Assembly: GCA_000934665.2 (NCBI GenBank)
Contig: JYFJ02002726.1
Coordinates: 1 to 51,966 of the forward strand
Direction of reading: 5' to 3'
From: Catajapyx aquilonaris
Lineage: Eukaryota
DNA length: 51,966 nt
Shown here piece by piece: positions 47,301 to 51,966 of this stretch (position 1 is its first letter; every line of letters starts with the position of its first letter). A program made the translations under genes and the position numbers. The notes under the pieces are model-generated. The model made no database searches and was not told where the DNA came from. It saw only the letters and a list, made by a program, of their open reading frames with translations.

Positions 47301-49745
47301 TGTTGCAGTACATTTTGGTCGAGGATCTGTTGCAGGTTGCGCTTACCTTCTTTCACCTCCAGGTCGTGCCCCAGGTCACATGTGGAAGGAGCCGAAATTT
47401 CCGACAGAATGTTGGTTCCTGACCCTACACTGCCACCACCTGGCCTTGTTGCCAGCTTGCCGCAAGTACCAGCGGCGCTTGAGAGCCCTCCGCGACCTGC
47501 AGAAGATGGCGGAAGAGATGCAGCTCTCGGAGCACCACTGGAGGGACCTCCCTGTGGCCTCCCGCAACAGGGAGCTCATACGCAGGTGGCGCCAGCAGAT
47601 TAAGAAGCTCACCCGCAGCAAAACCTGCGCTGATGCTGGTTTGCTGCATGAGGTGCTGCTCACCCGCTGCCTCAACTTCTACACCACGGCTGCTGAGTTC
47701 CAGCTCGGGTTGCTGATTCCTGGAGGCGTCGTTGCTGGGGGGATGAGGGGGTTTGTTGAAGTTCCACTGCCTCAGGAGGCACCGCAAGGGTTCTCGGCAC
47801 TGCCAGAGTGGTACGTCGAGGACATTGCTGACTTCCTGCTCTTCACACTACAGTGAGTTGAATTTATTACGCTGGTATAGTTCATTTTTCATTTCATTTC
47901 ATCTATTTAACCTCCCTGTCTCATTTCACTCATCATAAGTGATATTTTGTGAATAGTAAGCGAGTCGATTTGGGAAGTTTGGAAACTGACAGAATTGTTT
48001 GCTTGTTCCCAGATTTTGTCCCCAAGTGGTGGGCGAGAATACCGAGGATGCCCTGATTCTGTGGCTGCTCCTCATGGTGTGCACTCCGCAGTACATCAAG
48101 AACCCATACCTGGTGGCCAAGCTTATAGAAGTGTTGTTTGTAATCAATCCATATATCCAGCCCCGCACTCAGAAACTCCATGACAGGGTCATGTCGCATC
48201 CAGTGGCCGAGCAGGCATTACCCTCCTGCCTCATGAAGTTCTACACGGAAATAGAGACCACTGGGGCCAGCTCAGAATTCTACGATAAATTTACCATTCG
48301 ATACCACGTCAGCATCATCTTGAAGGGAATGTGGGATAGCCCAATGCATCGCAGGTGTGTTCGCAGGTTCTGTCTTTGCACAATAATTTCATGAAAGCTG
48401 TGTACTTACTATCATTTGAATTTTTTTCTTTTACAGATCCATAGTTGATGAGTCTCGGTCAGGCAATCAATTCGTAAAGTTCATCAACATGCTTATGAAT
48501 GACACGACATTCCTGTTGGACGAGTCCCTCGATTCCCTGAAGCGAATTCACGAGGTGCAGGAAGCAATGGCGGATCAGAAGACGTGGGCCAGTCAGGCGC
48601 AGGACCTGCAGCAGACCCGTCAGAGGCAGCTGACGACTGACGAGCGTCAGTGTCGCTCCTACCTCACCCTGGCCCGTGAGACTGTGGACATGTTCCACTA
48701 CCTCACTGTCGAAATCAAGGAGCCATTCCTGCGGCCAGAGCTTGTGGACAGGCTGGCGGCCATGCTCAACTTCAACCTCAAGCAACTTGGGGGGCCCAAG
48801 TGCAAGGACCTGAAGGTCAAGAATCCCGAGAAGTACGGGTGGGAGCCTAGGCGCCTTTTGGGCCAACTGGTGGACATCTACCTCCACCTGGACTGTGATG
48901 CATTTGCAGCTGCCCTGGCAGCAGACGAGGTGAGGATATGTTCCCCACTTGTTGTAACCATTTCGTGCTGCTACTATGTGCTTATCTGTCTCTGGATCTT
49001 TTTAGCGGTCCTTTACAAAGGAACTGTTCGAAGACGCGGCTCAGCGCATGGAGCGGGCCTTGATCAAATCCGCATCGGAGATTGAGCACTTCAGGGAGCT
49101 GGCTCAGAAGGCGTATAATATTGCAGTTCAAAACATAAAGAAGGAAGTGGATTTCAGCGATGCTCCAGATGAATTTAGGGGTGAGTTGACTCGGGTTCTG
49201 AGGACTTTCCAAACTTGGTGATTGCCAATTTTCCAATCGTCAGATCCCTTAATGGACACTTTGATGGAGGATCCCGTGATCCTGCCCAGTGGGAAGGTGA
49301 TGGACCGACCAGTGATTGTGCGGCACTTGCTCAATTCATCCACTGATCCATTCAGCAGGCAGCCACTCTCGGAGGACATGTTGCAGCCAGGTAATGAAGT
49401 GTTTGCTTTTATAGGCAGCTGTGGTGGTTCGCTAGCAAGGAGCAACAAAAATAAGTTATTTAATCTTATAATCACATAGGAGTCATTTAAGAGCTCGTTT
49501 GCAAAACCACCTAAGTCAGTGGGTTTCCCTGTCGACTTAGGCGGTTTTGCAAATGAGCTCTTCTGTTGGCAAGATGTGCGTGCCAAGTGAGATACTCAGG
49601 ACTTAATTTGTACATGGCCTGAACCCTGACTAAATATTCAAAATTGCTTCATTTCTTTACTGCAGTACATTTATGAAGTTGTTTTATTGCAGCTACTGAC
49701 TTGAAGAAGAGAATTGAGGCCTGGAAGGTACAGAAGACTTCTTAA
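44392..49745 (+). CDS. UBE4B: Ubiquitin conjugation factor E4 B (Ufd2, U-box); about 11 coding exons
   Basis: N-terminus [24 protein letters not shown](G)MEV motif, Ufd2 core ([48 protein letters not shown]) and U-box ([42 protein letters not shown]). The stop is TAA at 49743. Confidence 0.96.
46373..46542. mobile_element. PIF/Harbinger-type MITE in a UBE4B intron
   Basis: Inverted ends agcggtgtttacatgtgagcaattcgacgagcgaa / ttcgctcatcagatcgctcacatgtaaacgcacct, flanked by TAA on both sides. Confidence 0.8.
49489..49562. repeat. 74-bp hairpin in the last UBE4B intron
   Basis: 29-bp arms aagagctcgtttgcaaaaccacctaagtc / gacttaggcggttttgcaaatgagctctt with 2 mismatches. Confidence 0.85.
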
Positions 49746-51966
49746 ATGGCAACTGAGTCATGACATGAAGAATCTCGGGATTTAACCTGGCGTCATGTGC
49801 TGTTGATGTCAGTGCGGGGGAAACTCTGAAGGGGGCTGCTATAAGTTCCTGCTGAAAGAACAATGTGCAACGGCATGTGAGGATCATATGATGGTGAATG
49901 CTAATATGTTATGGAACAATTATACGTGCTGCTTTTAAAAAAATATATGAATGAAAACATGTACAATTCAAGTGTAAGTCATTGCAGTGTAGAAGTTAGC
50001 ATAACAAGTGAATCTCTGTCGGAAAGGATTCGTTGCTTCAGAGACAAGTTTGTTGTAGTATTTTTGTGGTCATCGTACGTGATCAGTATTGGCGCTTGCA
50101 TGGCGTTAACACACTTTGGGACCCACACAAAACACCGTACCATGAAATCAAACTGTAGCACAAAAATGGACAATATTGGATATAGCTAAAGAATTTATTG
50201 GATGTGAGTGGGATTGTTCATCATCAACATCACGACATTTCCCTATGAGGGGTAGTCAGCGATGAAGGGAGACGCAAGCTAACCCAACATATGAACTAAT
50301 AATTGAAACTCGGGATTGTTAAATTGTTTATTACACTTCTGCTTGAAGTAGACCCAAAGGCAGTGAAACCTTGTTAATTTGTAATCAGATAATTTGAAGT
50401 ACGCCTTAATTTGAAGCTATTTGTGCCCCCTAGCTGTTGATATAGGATCTTATGTGTTGTTACATGATATTCATTTGAAATGCATGCCATTTTATGAACT
50501 CAATAACTTGCTAAGCAAAATGGACCTGTTGCTTTTAAAGTTTTAGCTTCAAACTCTGCCAGGCAGGATCCCTGGAAAGTCCACTTTGAATTTTCTGGCT
50601 GTTATGGAGGTCGTGCATCGAAGCATGGCAGGCAGTCCGCACTATCTTTCAACCAACCTGCAAGTGACATGATCTAATGGCAGGACCTCAAGGTTGTCCA
50701 TGTTCTGCTGATGCTCTACCTCCACCCAATTTTCAAGACGCTGCACATAATATGTGAAGTGAACAAGAATTGAAAGGAATTGAAGTGAAGAGCTCGTTGT
50801 AGCATGTCAAGTGACATTTTTTTGCCCTACTGAATATTGATTTAACGAGGTCTCACTGTAGCCATTTATTTTTGTAAAAAAAAAAAAAAACAGAGAACAT
50901 TTTTAGTGATGTGCTGGAGTGATATTGATGTGATAAACCAGCAGGAATGATGGCAAGCCCTAGGACAATTTGTTTTTCCTGTTGGTTAGTCTGCTTATTC
51001 TGCTATCAGAGCAATCAATCACCACACATCTCCAGATGTCAAGGTTGTCCAATGATTATACGGTGCTGGGAAAAAAACTGCCTTGTACGCCTGCAGGCAG
51101 CACAAAGAGGCCAAGCAAGTTATCACTCATACTGTAGTTCCATGTGGCCAGGGCACAAGGCAATTTTTTCCAGTAGTGTACAACACTGTGGATATTTATA
51201 TTTTGTTGTCCTTTTTAACATATATATAATTATAGGTCTCGAGACGTTACTTACCGCTATGTAAAAAGATGAGCTGCCCCTTTCTGTGGGTCGAGAGCCT
51301 CGATAGAAAATAAAGGTGTATTGAAGGCACAATTCGAAAGCATTTCATACTCCTAACATCCGAGTCTAACATAATTTGGGGAGGGGGGGTTGGGTTGCAA
51401 CTCCTGTTTCATCACCTGGGCTAATTCTTAATTACTTGTAATTTCTTACAGACCGTGCTTACTTTTACAAAAATTAATAGCCACTGATTCATGGTGCAGT
51501 GTCAAATACCGTAATGTATTGCCTTGAGGTTGTATCAAAATATTTGTGCAAATGATTACTAACTTGAAGCCAAGAGGCTTCTACTTAGGATGAAACGAGG
51601 TACCACTTTCACCTGTTTGTTTTAATTTCACATCCACTAGAACACCTCACATGCAGTGGCGTCGCTAGTGTTGTTGTCACCCGGTGCGGCTTGGGACGAC
51701 GCAGTTACCTGCTGGCCCTGATATGACACCTGTCCCTAATTAAACTGAGTACTCCTGAAAGGTATAAATAAAACAACAGTGGTCTTTGTAATAATCGGGT
51801 CCTGAACTCCAGCCAAGCCTTCTGCAGGTCTTACCTCATCAGAGGTTGGCGACTGACTGAGCTCGCTCATGTAATGTAAGGAAATGTAATGTTGGCTGTT
51901 ATTCTATTGGCCACTTGTTTGTGTAACTTAGATACTTGTTACCATGTATTCCAGTTGTTGTTTACC

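Noticed and set aside
1..51966. tRNA, rRNA or snoRNA genes
   Set aside because: None were recognisable by eye. A covariance-model scan (tRNAscan-SE, Infernal/Rfam) would be needed to exclude intronic snoRNAs.

Overview
This is intron-rich eukaryotic (arthropod, probably insect) genomic DNA. Six conserved genes lie in this order: UBE2J2/Ubc6 (+), twist (+), UBIAD1/heix (-), mTOR (+, about 25 coding exons), cytidine deaminase (-) and UBE4B/Ufd2 (+). An intronless TRAPPC6/Trs33 gene is nested on the same strand inside a UBE2J2 intron. The strongest novel candidate is a two-exon, 178-aa Pro/Tyr/Cys-rich gene at 17088-16497 (-). The ORF track splits it into two fragments, but it has a phase-compatible 55-nt intron, an ACCATGG start, an upstream RFX X-box and an AATAAA, and it sits antisense in a predicted twist 3' intron. 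Splicing of that twist intron would regenerate the same Ser-stop. Other observations include a palindromic array of about 8 X-box-like sites at the UBIAD1/mTOR head-to-head junction, a Dorsal/Zelda-like motif cluster upstream of twist, five genes whose human orthologues all map to 1p36, a Chapaev3-like transposon relic, several MITEs, and clustered TA-GGCC-TA-type micro-insertions. Exon boundaries were read by eye and family assignments come from remembered motifs; no searches were run.
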